A stretch of DNA of 64,000 bases from Chrysomallon squamiferum (Eukaryota; Animalia; Mollusca): the NCBI GenBank assembly GCA_012295275.1, contig CM022677.1, positions 7,812,001-7,876,000 of the forward strand. The letters are read 5' to 3'. Of this stretch, positions 40,493-53,488 are shown in pieces. Numbering within the stretch: the stretch's first letter is position 1; every line of letters starts with the position of its first letter. Made by a program: the position numbers and the translations under genes. The notes under the pieces are model-generated. The model was not told the DNA's origin. It did no database searches and saw only the letters and a program-made list of their open reading frames with translations.

Positions 40493-42612
40493 CACATTAA
40501 TCTGTATTTCTAGATATTTCTTAAAATAATCCTTCTCTTTATATGTTTATTGCCTTATAAAATATAACATCACTTCCCACGAACACTATCTATTTTAATA
40601 TTATGATTGCAAAAGACGGGAATTCTTAATAAAAATATCACGTACTTTTTGGCTCAGATGCTTGTAACACAAAGATAACTGCCGTTATCTCAAGTTATGG
40701 CTGAAAATTTGGTCAGAATGTGATAAAGTAAGCTAATATTTTTTTCTTTATCTGAATATCAGTTTTATCTTATAAACGGCTGTAATGGTAGCAGAACACT
40801 TTTTAAAAATAAATATGTTAGAAATACAGGAGAAATTAATGTAGTTTTCTGTTAGTTAAACGACAATCTTACAGTGATATCAAGAAATAAGAGGTTAATG
40901 TTTTAATGAGATTTAACAGTATTAAAGAGTATAAAATGAAAAACGTTTTTATTTTGTCTTTGCCTCCGAAATTAGTCTTTTTTCTTTTAGATGACTTGAA
41001 ACTAATATTGTAATCGAGACTCATTTCCGACTCGCACGTCACTTCGCGTCTGCTAGAAAACATTTTAATCTTCGTTTACAATTGAATTCGCTGATAAGAA
41101 ATATTCACTTATTAATAATGTTAATGACATCAAGGGTAGGCATCATAAACAGAAACAAAAGAAAAAAAAAGAATAAAGAAAAACGATTGTGAATGCTCAC
41201 GATTCGGAACTAAGGACCTCTAAGATTATAGTGTTTTTATCATATCTCATTTTCTAAAACAACAGAAATTTAAAGTCAACAAACTTTTTTTTAATTTTAT
41301 TTTAATAATTAATTAATTAATTTATTATTATTATTATTCCAGAAAATTTAAAATAAATAAATAAATAAATAAATAAATAAGAATGCAATATGGAAAGTAA
41401 TACTGAACAATCTATGCATTTTTCATTATTAACAATGGAAAATATTTAAATATTGATTTTCCAAACCAGTTTCATTCACAATAAAAAATAAAAACTTATT
41501 TTAAAAAATATATGGTGTAATAAGAGTATAATAATTTTATATCAACAGTGAAAAAGTAAATTGAGTAAAATGTACATTCTTCACAGTCCATAATTAATGG
41601 GACACTTACTAAGAGAAAAAATATTTTTAATGTGTTATTACTTTCTCCTTATTTAAGTTTTTGGAAATCTCAATTTTAACTTTATAAAAAGCAACGTCCA
41701 TAGTGAAAAGTGAAGTAAAATGTTATTTTTGGGGGGTGTTTTTCTGTTAAAAAGGAAGAAGTGAGAACACCTGAAATTAATAAATGTGTCATTATCTACA
41801 TGACAGACTGATATTGAAAAGAAGAGGTGTACAGTTTAAATCAACTTTTATTGTAAACAAGAAGCTCAGTAGATATGAAGAAAGATGGATGGGTTTCCAG
41901 GTAAGTGCTCTAATAAATTTATTTTAAAAATGTCTATAAACACTGACAGATGAACAGATAGATGGAAAGGTGGATGATGGATTAATACATAGATGTAGAT
42001 TATACAGACTGCATGAGAAACAGTTAGACGGTAAAAATGGAATAATCAGATTTTGAAAGTGTGAAAGAAAATATATAAAGTTACGTAGATACAGTTTGTT
42101 TGTAGATGGGCAAACAGAAAGACAGGATGTAATGTAGGTATGTAGACATAGTTAGATATGTAGGTAGTTAGGGAGTTGGGTAGATGATTGGTGGATGGTT
42201 ATGTGTTGCAACATGCATGAACGGACAAGATAAAAGAAAACTAGATAAGATAGAAGAAGCAGATAGGTAGGTAGATAGATAGGTTTGTGTATAGATAGAT
42301 AACTCAGCAGGGTGATGGATAGATCCAAAGAGAGATAGAGATTGATGGATAGGAAGATGGGTAACTACATGTATATGGAAGTGCAGGTACATGTGTTAGA
42401 TGTGCTAGAACGTATGTGAATGAGAGTGTGCTTGTGTTATAAATGGACAGACATACAGAAACAGGTTGTAAGGTAGTTATGCTTGGAGGTAGCAGCAGAT
42501 ATGGACAGATGATTTACTGATGGTTATTGAAAGGAGGAGTTAATGTATATATCTTCATATGCATGTTTGTATGTATGTGTGTGTGTGTCTGTACATATCT
42601 ATATATACATAC

Positions 42613-42715
<103 letters not shown>

Positions 42716-43617
42716 GGATGCATGGAAAAGAATTTAGAGGAATATTTGGATTTATTAATTGAATATTTTTATATTATTAGACTGATTACTGGGGTTCAGA
42801 TCTTTTGAAAAAGAATTAAAATAGGGCTGGATTAAGACAGCAAATGTTATAATTGGACACATTGAAGACAAATTGTCATGAACTGATTTGATGTATCAAT
42901 TTAAAATACAGAAATGGGTAAGAAAATATTAGTTTTATTTTTACATTCAACCCACAGTGATAGACATATAGTATCATTAAGTATGTTTTTCCTAGGAATA
43001 GTCTTGTCTTTAAAACTCCGCTTATTGTATTGTTAGATAAGTACATTTTTTCTTATTTTAATTAATAGAAAAAAAGTATATTTCAAAAATTAGCTGGTTG
43101 ATATAGAGCTGTTAATATCTGATAATAATACTTTTATGAATGTTATTTAAGAATGAAAAACCTGCTTAGGTTCAATACTTGTATATGTGTCAGTAATTAT
43201 TAGAAAGTCTAATTAAATCATTTATCAGAAATGGTCAGTGAAAATATTTGAATAAGAAGAATAAAATTTCATTTTTGATTGAAAGGTCTGCATTTAAAAA
43301 TATTTTGCAGTAAAAACATATAAGCTGATTGATGAAACAGAGAAACCAAAAATATTAATATATTTTCAGTGGTGACTAAAAGTTACACTGTTTATGAAAA
43401 GGTTACACAGAAATAGTTATTAACATTTTTGAATTTATTATATTTATTTATAGAATTTTAAGTAGTTTTGCACTAAATGTTGTGGTCTTTTTTATTTTAT
43501 GGTTGTTACAGAATGTAATCCTTAAAATTGATATTCTTTTTCTGTGTCTGTCCATTTTTTGTTTTCCTAAATCATTTATTTTTCAACACTTAAATAACAT
43601 ACAGCTTACATTTTCAG

Positions 43618-44883
43618 ACACTCAATAAAATTATCAACCTTGATCGAGGAAGACACTGATCACTGTGATGGTCAAGGTGATAATGGCAGAGTTTACCCAT
43701 AATAAACATTACAATGCCAAATACTTTGACAAGGTAGCTAAACTTTTATTTCTTTGCTTTCTTTTCTCAACTTATTTGTCATTTTCGTCATGGTGATATG
43801 CAGCTGCTTGAACTTAAATGATAAGATTTAGGTAGTGAATTTATATTTCATTGTTCCACAGTACATGTAACAGGCAGAGGTCCTTCCCTTCTTGTGACCA
43901 CATTGCTGTATGAAACTTATCAGTGAACTCAGTAAAACGTCCAGCTGCATTTGCAATGAATAACCTTTTTTTAAATTATTTTAAATACATTTCTTAGTAA
44001 TTCTTTGTGTTTTTCCAAAATATTTAAATTGCCACCTGACTTATTGGATTTATTATCCTTTTATTTTTGTTTCAGAATGGATGACAATAAACCTGCTGAA
44101 TATGCAGAAAATGGTAGCAGTGAAAAGGTAAGTAAAGATTTAATTATGTTTTGCTATCAAGTTTTCACACATGATCATAGTAAAATAAAATTAATAGATA
44201 AGAATGATGATTATTTATTTTAAGTACATGATCATTAGCCAGTAATTGTTAAGAAGTATGTTTTTGTAAGTTTGGTTAACAATAGGCATTTTTCCTTCTC
44301 AATTTTTACTAAAGTAAAAACATTAATTGTTGTGCATTTCATTTATTTATTTACTATTGGTCTTAATAAAAATCAAAATGAGCTTTTTAATCAGTTAAAT
44401 AAAACACTTTTTAGATTTATCAAGTATAACAAACATACCTTCACTTTCTGTGTTCACACGTTACTATTACTGACAATATTAACTAGCAAAACATATATTT
44501 ATTTATTTTCACTCTCCTATTTTCTTATCAACACTACAGCAGTTTAAAGATGGTGAATTTAAGGATTAATAGAGAAAATGTTTAAAAAACAAATATCTTT
44601 TCTTAAGGTTATGTTCAGCTTTGATTTGTGTATAATCATTTTAAATATGTAATGTACTACAGGAAATTAGTAAAACAGAGAGAAAACTATATATTTATAT
44701 TATATATCAACATCAGTAACAAAATTAGAATTATATTTTAAAAGCTTGGTTGATCACATAATTTTATACAGGAATGTAATTTCATATTTTGTTTTATTTT
44801 CTTTCTTTCCTAAAGGCTAAAGGGTTATGCAACAGCTGCATCATTTGGAAAAGCTCTGGAGATGTCAAGGCAATACACAGAAG
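43618..44883 (+). other. Chain of small exon-like segments (43618-43733, 44076-44127, 44816-44883); lncRNA or pseudogene candidate
   Basis: Each has a polypyrimidine-AG acceptor and a GT donor (AAG|GTAAGT at 44127). Best reading MDDNKPAEYAENGSSEK|AKGLCNSCIIWKSSGDVKAIHR; no recognisable family. Confidence 0.3.
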
Positions 44884-44993
44884 GTGAACTATCTTTTCAT
44901 ATTATTACCTGTCAGTTCTTAGTAATGAGCATCTAAGAAAACATAGTAACAGTAATTATTATGATAATAGTGGTGGTGATTATGCTAATGCTA

Positions 44994-45064
<71 letters not shown>

Positions 45065-45837
45065 TTATTAAGACAAATTTTTGTGTTAAGACAAAACTGT
45101 ATTTTTATATCATATAGTTTATTAATACTCAATGTTGATCCTAACAATTAAGGAAATCTATAATGTTTTTATAAAAAAGTTACCAATTCTTGCACTTTTT
45201 GTCATAATAAACCTTAACAGTTTTTAAGTAAAGTTATAAAGTTATGCACAAACATAGCAAAACTTAATAATCTTTTTAAAACAGATGTCATCATCACATC
45301 AATTTTATTACGGTATAATAAAATATGAAATGTTTTTAAAAATTCCAGCAGAATATAGAATTTTAATAATATCAAGGATATAACTTCAAAGTATAAGCTC
45401 AAGGACAGTTGTTTGACTTAATTTTTTTATTAAGAAATTAATAATTAAAATTTAATTAGGAAATAAATATTCCTTTTTCATACTGGTAATAATTTTATAA
45501 TAATATATCAAAGAAAATGTAATCGTTTGTTTGTTTAATTCCATGTTATATCTTATGGGAAGTTGTTTTATATTTATATAATTAGATAAATATATCATTG
45601 AAAATATATTTCAGGTTAGCTATTTTGAATTATATATATTTTTTTTTTTCATAGAATTCATAGAATGATACTTAGATACCAATAAATTAATATTATTTTT
45701 CAGGCCATATAATAAATTTGTGTTTTGTTGTTTGTTTGTTTGTAAAGTTGAAATTTATTTTCATTGTAATTAAAATATAAATAATTTGTACAGTCACATT
45801 TCTGTATTCATCTGTATTCTATCCCAATTTTAGGATC

Positions 45838-47320
45838 ATATATTATAATAATAGCTGGGATACCTGCCAAAACAGTCTGTTAGATCATTATAGAAGTTGA
45901 AGATTAAAGATGAAATAAAAATGAATACAGATAAAACAAACTGTAAGCTGGAAACAATTTTGAGTTAGTTAATTGTGGCTAATCCAGCTTTACTTCCAAA
46001 ATTGCTAAAATGTAATCTTGTTTTGCAAATTTAATTGTGCAAGCTGAAAATAAATCTTTTCTGGTTTTGCAGGTGATTATGAGAGAAAACCCTGAAGATG
46101 ACAAATTCATCTGATACTGATACTAGACAGACAGAGGAAGTCAGTAAAACAGAAAACTGTTCTGAAGTTAGTGGTATCAGTATGTTTTATAATAATAAAT
46201 AATAGTAATGTGTTTAAGTACATATGAATGCAGGGCTTGTAATGGCTTAACTCATTAATTATAAGGTTTGCTCAGGCAAAGGATTTAGTCGTTTTTAAAG
46301 TTACTTTTGCTGCTTATCCAGATAAATAAAGTCAGCATTACAACATTGTTAAAGTGTAATTCATTGATAATTTATAATAATTTTCCATGGCTGAGATATT
46401 TCTTCCCAAAGATTTTATTGTGAAATTAATAATATGCTTCTAGCCTGGAATAGGTAAACATTAGTTATTTAAGATTTAGAATAATAAGCTTGATGCTTAT
46501 TTTTTTTATTTATTGTTATTGTTATTTTTATTTTATTAATTTTTATTTCTATATTTGTTTATTTAGATAAATCTGGCTAAAAAAAGGGGAATGTACAAAA
46601 TCCACAAAATTGCCTGATCGTGAAATAATAGTAAGAAACAGAGACTAATACATAAAACAAAATAGTTGTATAAATATAGCTATCATACCATCAGCACAAA
46701 CTTTGGCTCCAGCATTTCCAAGGATTTTCTTGACCAGCTTGGAAGACTTTTGAGGTAACTCTGTATGAAGTGTGAGAAGTATGCCCTGTGTATGATTTTT
46801 CAGAGAATGAGAGATAATTATATAAATAAATAAATATATAGATAGATAGATAGATAGATATAGTTATAAACAGACAGACAGAGGATAGATAGGTAAATGG
46901 ACATAGTGATGAATGAATGGTTAGCTAGACAGGTAATAAGATTAAGCTACACCACAGGTTGATCAACAAACAGACAGATACATAGATAGACAAATAGCCA
47001 GAGAAACTAATGATGAAATAAAACAAATATATTTCAAATTAATTCGAAATTAGGAAAAGTAGCAATACCCTATGTATCCATCTGTTCATCTATCTTCAGT
47101 AACTATCTCTGTATGTAGGTATTTCTATTTATCTATCATAATCTGTCTATCTGTCTATCTATCTAACCAATTAAATGTTATTATATTAATGTACTAATTA
47201 GCCATTCCCTTTGGAAATGTTGCCACCCCTACACCACGGTGAGGTTCAGTACACGTAGGGGATGTTAGTAATGGTTAGTATTTGGTTAATGGTTAGTTTT
47301 TTGTTAATGGTTAGTCTCTT

Positions 47321-47357
<37 letters not shown>

Positions 47358-49202
47358 GTGACTCTCTTTCTCTCTATCACTGTTTCTCTTTTCTCTCTTT
47401 CTCTATCTCTGTCTCTCTTGTCTCTCTATCTGTTTCTGTCTCTCTCTCTTTCTTTCTTGGTCTCTCTCTATATCTCTGTCTCTGTTTCTGTCTTTCTCCC
47501 TCTGTCTCTGTCTCTCTCTGAATCTCACTTTTTCTCTCTGGTGTATCGCTTTCTCTCTATGACTCTCTCAGTATTTCTGTCTCTCTCTCTGTCTGTCTGA
47601 CTCTCTCCCTGTCTCTATCTCTCTGTATTGCTATGTCCCTGTCTCTTTTTCTCTGTCTCTTTCTCCCTCTGTCTCTCTCTGTCCCTCTTCCTCTTTCTGT
47701 CTCTCTGACTCTCTTTCTCTTTTTCTCTCTGACTCACTCTTTCTCTCTGTCTGTCTCTCTGTCTCTCTTCCTCTCTCTGTGTCTCTGTCTCTCTTTCTCT
47801 GTCTGTCTGTCTTTGTATCTCTCTGTGTGTCTCTCTCTCTTTTTCTCTCTCTATCTCTCTCTAACTCGCTTTCTTCTCTCCACACAAAATTAACAATTCT
47901 ACCTAAAGCAACATTAACCAACAGCAAAAGCAACAGCTATAACACCACTATTAGCAATAACAACAATAATAAAAATAGTAATAATTATGTACTACAATAA
48001 CAATAATAACAATGTTAGCAATAATATCAACAACAAAAATAAAAACAAACAAAATTGAAAGATAGATGAAACGCACACACACACAAGCTTAATTAAACTG
48101 AATTGATGTTACATACCACGCTCTAGAAATCATTATATTTGTGAAATTTAAATAACGTGTCAGTATGAAAAGGCTGAAAAACAGTATTTACATGTATTTG
48201 AAATTTTTATACTACATTTTTACATTGAAATGAAATTTTCATGAAAACGTACAATCTTAGTTGTAGTGAAACCCAAATCTCTCTTTCTCTAATCATGATA
48301 AATAACATATACAAATTTTCATGTATCAAAACGGAATTTCGTAATAAATTTAAATTCTTATTTTTATTCTGAATAGTATGAATGAATAAATATTAAGTTT
48401 TTTAGTAAAGAAACATTTTAATTATATGAAATAAACTAAGAATGCACAAATAGAGATACTACTACTACTAATAATAATAATACTAATTAGTTAATTTCAT
48501 AGACAAAGTAGTCTAAGGGAAATAACTCTGTTGTCCATTAATAATAGGAATGAATATAACAATAATGATAACAGCATTAACAAAAACAAAACAAATTTTG
48601 AAAAAGGAAAATAAAATAATGGTATATTTTCTAATTTAGATTTGTTTCATTTAATTCATTTAGTTAAGTTCTAAAGAAATGCTGTTTAATTATTCAGCAA
48701 AGTTAAGAAAAAATAATTCTAATAAAAAAATTATTCACAGAATAGAAGATTGTAACAGCAGAACAATAAAAAAAATAGTTTAAGAAATAAAACTCATTCC
48801 CCCTGCCCTCCTGCCCTAGTCCCTCTCACGCCGGCTGTCCACCCCGCCCTCAGACAGCTTGTGAAGGTACAGGGGGGTGCAGACAGCCAGCATACAGGGG
48901 ACTAGGGCAGGGGCGGATAGATAAAAATTGTTGAGAACACTTTCCCCTGGCAGACAGCCCATGCTTCCGGGGTAGGGCGGGTGGGCATGTGTTCAACTCA
49001 CCTTTTCTGTCTGGGACCCTAAACTCACCCGTTTTTATCCTACCCACCCCCCCTGCCCTAGTCACCCACACACCGACTGTCTGTCCTGCATATGGATGGA
49101 GCTACTGATAAACACAGGCTGAAGTTTGTACAAGCACTAGGGGCTTTTAAGATTAAACTGGTAATTAAATATTAAAAAAAGTAATATTGTTTTTGTTTAC
49201 TG
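45838..49202 (+). repeat. Segmental duplication copy C (internally deleted)
   Basis: 45838-46760 matches B 22370-23300. It then jumps to B ~28070 at ~46835, lacks both GAGTTATCTCCCTT arrays, and ends at TTTACTG (49202 = B 33146). Confidence 0.88.
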
Positions 49203-50005
49203 CCTGAAAATATAGAAACTTATCTAGTGATCATATATTGCAATTACTGATAGTGACTTCAGGATCTATCTGATCTATCTATCTATCTATCTATCTGTAT
49301 ATATACACATACATACACATACACACATGCATGCATGCACTCACACACTGTGTGATAGAGGTAAGCTGCTGAAAATGGACTGAATATTGATGAGGATAAA
49401 AAAATATATATGAATCCATGGTTTGTGTTTACATTGGTGTGTGTGTTGCTGTACACATTTGCATACAAAAACACACATACACATACAAACACATAAATTA
49501 AGTTATGCATTTCTTTCTTTTTTATTTGTTTGTCATCCACTTTCCAATCCAGTGCCTCCTGCAAGCATTATTAGAGATTTTAAAGTTTAACTTTGTAATA
49601 TGATTTTAAATAATTACATATATTTATATTGTCAAACAATTTATATTTGTTAAACAGTTTACACAAATACTTTGAGGTATAAATAATTTTTAATGATCTG
49701 TGTAACATTAATTCATAGATAATTTTGCATATCTGATCAATAACCTGTCTTAAAGATATTAATATATCTTGGAATTAGATCCTCACCAGCTCATGTATTG
49801 ACAGCAGCAGACTATTCTGTACTGGCAGAACAACTGAAACACTCACTAAGCTTTGTGCAGGCAAGTTAATCTGACATTCAACTTCTACATAAACGAAAAT
49901 CATCTCAGTACTAGATTTCAAGCGCAATTAAAAACTGTTTAATTCTCATTTTTAATATATTTATTTATATACTAATTTATTTATTCTTTAATTTCATGCT
50001 TATAG

Positions 50006-50156
50006 TTGATGGTGCCTGATCTGCATGGTCACTTCAGAGACTGGGTAGTTGTAGTGAAATGTGGTAGAGACACTAGAATAAGATTTGAGATACAAACATG
50101 CACAGATACGAAGAGAAATTTTCAAGAAGCATGTGAAACAAATGTCTTATGTCCAG
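50006..50156 (+). pseudogene. Thrombospondin type-1 (TSP1) repeat exon, disabled
   Basis: TTATAG acceptor and CAG|GTAAGA donor. Phase-1 reading VDGA*SAWS...GSCS-KCGRDTRIR...TC....EAC....LCP has a TGG>TGA-type stop at the first Trp and one frameshift (151 nt). Confidence 0.85.
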
Positions 50157-50748
50157 GTAAGAAGCAATAATTATATTGATACTGTAATTTTCTTTTAAAC
50201 AGATTATGTACAGACAGATGGGCATCTTGTTTCCTGTGAGGTCTTTATGCATCTATTGTATTCTAAGATGACAATAAATAACAATCTCTAGATTGTGAGT
50301 AAAGGTGTTGTCACTAAATAATGTGAGGAATAAAATTACTTCTCTGCCTACAAAAGTGAAAAATGACTCAAATAATAAAATATTTATTTCACTAAAAAAG
50401 AAATATAGCTGTTTCAGTTGTTAATGGTTTGGTGAAACTTTAAGGCTAATGAATTACTTTAGGTTTGTTGATAATCACAATAGTAAAGCATTAACCAGCA
50501 CGTTTTACAAAATCGAAGTGTTATTTACTTGATTTTCTTTTAACGTTACATTAAAAAATTTGCTATAACTTTTCTTTGATTAAGATATTAATATATCTTG
50601 GAATATCTTGTACAGTCTGAACATATATTTGTTATTTAATTAAGACAATAAAATATTTGGGTTCTTCTCAAAAGAAATCTCTATAACTGTTATTATGTTT
50701 GTAAGTTATTCATATATGAGTAAAAATGATTTATATTTTGTTTTGTAG

Positions 50749-50992
50749 CCTGGGGTTCATGGTCAGCATTCAGTGCAGTTACAGCATGCTCAGTAACCTG
50801 ACAAAAGAGAGAAAAAGAATTTGTGAGAATGATGTACAAGGTGGTAATGGGTGTGGAGCCAAATCACCTCAAACTGAAACAAAAACTGAATCGTGTTCAG
50901 CATAAAATCCCCATCCAGCATGGGGAGCATGGAGTTTGTCTGTTCTGCAACATGTGGAGCTGCTACTTAGACTAGAAAATGGACAACACGCT
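50749..50992 (+). pseudogene. Second TSP1-repeat exon (one and a half repeats), disabled
   Basis: TTTGTAG acceptor, phase 1. AWGSWSAFSAVTACSVT(C)-TKERKRICENDVQGGNGCG...ETKTESCSA*NPHPAWGAWS-CSATCGAAT*TRKW shows the WxxWS, CSxTCG and RxRxC hallmarks. Confidence 0.85.
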
Positions 50993-52787
50993 GATATCTC
51001 TGAGACAGTAGCTTCAGAGACAAACCTGTACAAGCAATGACATCTCTGAGACAGTAGCTACAGAGACAAACCTGTACAAGCAATGACATCTCTGAGACAA
51101 TAGCTACAGAGACAAACCTGTACAAGCAATGACATCTCTGAGACAGTAGCTACAGAGACAAACCTGTACAAGCAATGACATCTCTGAGACAGTAGCTACA
51201 GAGACAAACCTGTACAAGCAATGACATCTCTGAGACAGTAGCAGACAAACCTGTACAAGCAATGACAGAGACAAACCTGTACAGTAGCTACAAGCAATGA
51301 CATCTCTGAGACAGTAGCTACAGAGACAAACCTGTACAAGCAATGACATCTCTGAGTCAGTAACTACAGAGACAAACCTGTAGAGACAAAGCAATGACAT
51401 CTCTGAGACAGACAAACCTACAGAGACAGCTACAGAGACAAACCTGTACAAGCAATGACATCTCTGAGACAGTAGCTACAGAGACAAACCTGTACAAGCA
51501 ATGACATCTCTGAGACAGTAGCTACAGAGACAAACCTGTACAAGCAATGACATCTCTGAGACAGTAGCTACAGAGACAAACCTGTACAAGCAATGACATC
51601 TCTGAGACAGTAGCTACAGAGACAAACCTGTCCAAGCAATGACATCTCTGAGACAGTAACTACAGAGACAAACCTGTCCAAGCAATGACATCTCTGAGAC
51701 AGTAGCTACAGAGACAAACCTGTCCAAGCAATGACATCTCTGAGACAGTAGCTACAGAGACAAACCTGTCCAAGCAATGACATCTCTGAGACAGTAGCTA
51801 CAGAGACAAACCTGTCCAAGCAATGACATCTCTGAGACAGTAGCTACAGAGACAAACCTGTACAAGCAATGACATCTCTGAGACAGTAGCTACAGAGACA
51901 AACCTGTACAAGCAATGACATCTCTGAGACAGTAGCTACAGAGACAAACCTGTACAAGCAATGACATCTCTGAGACAGTAGCTACAGAGACAAACCTGTA
52001 CAAGCAATGACATCTCTGAGACAGTAACTACAGCTACAGAGACAAACCTGTACAAGCAATGACATCTCTGAGACAGTAGCTACAGAGACAAACCTGTACA
52101 AGCAATGACATCTCTGAGACAGTAGCTACAGAGACAAACCTGTACAAGCAATGACATCTCTGAGACAGTAGCTACAGAGACAAACCTGTACAAGCAATGA
52201 CATCTCTGAGACAGTAGCTACAGAGACAAACCTGTACAAGCAATGACATCTCTGAGACAGTAACTACAGAGACAAACCTGTACAAGCAATGACATCTCTG
52301 AGACAGTAACTACAGAGACAAACCTGTACAAGCAATGACATCTCTGAGACAGTAACTACAGAGACAAACCTGTACAAGCAATGACATCTCTGAGACAGAC
52401 ATAGCTACAGAGACAAACCTGACAAACCAAGCAATGACATCTCTGAGACAGTAATTACAGAGACAAACCTGTACAAGCAATGACATCTCTGAGACAGTAA
52501 TTACAGAGACAAACCTGTACAAGCAATGACATCTCTGAGACAGTAACTACAGAGACAAACCTGTACAAGCAATGACATCTCTGAGACAGTAACTACAGAG
52601 ACAAACCTGTACAAGCAGTGACATCTCTGAGACAGTAACTACAGAGACAAACCTGTACAAGCAGTGACATCTCTGAGACAGTAACTACAGAGACAAACCT
52701 GTACAAGCAATGACATCTCTGAGACAGTAGCTACAGAGACAAACCTGTACAAGCAATGACATCTCTGAGTCAGTAACTACAGAGACA
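50992..52787. repeat. 46-bp minisatellite, ~39 copies (GACATCTCTGAGACAGTAGCTACAGAGACAAACCTGTACAAGCAAT)
   Basis: Unit starts at 51039 and 51085 etc. Highly homogeneous, with clustered variants. Confidence 0.97.
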
Positions 52788-53288
52788 GACAATGTTTACC
52801 TGTTTATACTGTAATTTTATTAGTAAGATATTTTCTAAACTTATTATGTTACTAAAAACATTTATTTCAAATATTAAAATAGCTGTTTTATTAATGCATA
52901 TTAAGAAACTGGATATAAATTATTATCATGCATATATTTTTGATTAGAAATCAGAATCAGAAATTGAAATAGATATTTTATTAAAACAAAAAAACAATAA
53001 TAAGTAACAATTTATTTTTGTTGATTTACATACAGATTACTATGTGCTGAGAATCCAGAGGAAAAAACATTCATGGCTGAAAAAATCTCTCTCTCTCTCT
53101 CTCTCTGTGAGTCTGTCTATCTGTGTATCAATCTTCTTTGTGTGTGTGTGTGTGTAGGTGCAGAAGTCATATATGATATTTGTTAAGATCTATACTAACA
53201 TTGCATCCACTGAATTATGTTTTGTCTCATCCACAGACAGGTTCAGTTAAATTCTTCACTAAGCATGTGGAAAGGTGCGTTGTGAAGC

Positions 53289-53488
53289 NNNNNNNNNNNN
53301 NNNNNNNNNNNNNNNNNNNNNNNNNNNNNNNNNNNNNNNNNNNNNNNNNNNNNNNNNNNNNNNNNNNNNNNNNNNNNNNNNNNNNNNNNNNNNNNNNNNN
53401 NNNNNNNNNNNNNNNNNNNNNNNNNNNNNNNNNNNNNNNNNNNNNNNNNNNNNNNNNNNNNNNNNNNNNNNNNNNNNNNNNNNNNNNN
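53289..53488. other. Assembly gap (200 N)
   Basis: Run of exactly 200 N, a typical fixed-size scaffolding gap. Confidence 0.99.

Noticed and set aside
44997-45069. (TAA)n followed by (TTA)n forming a palindrome
   Set aside because: A common compound microsatellite; no evidence of function.
50992-52787. CRISPR-like appearance and ORFs 51104..51451 and 52310..52522
   Set aside because: Head-to-tail units without unique spacers, no cas genes, eukaryotic context; the ORFs are repeat artefacts.
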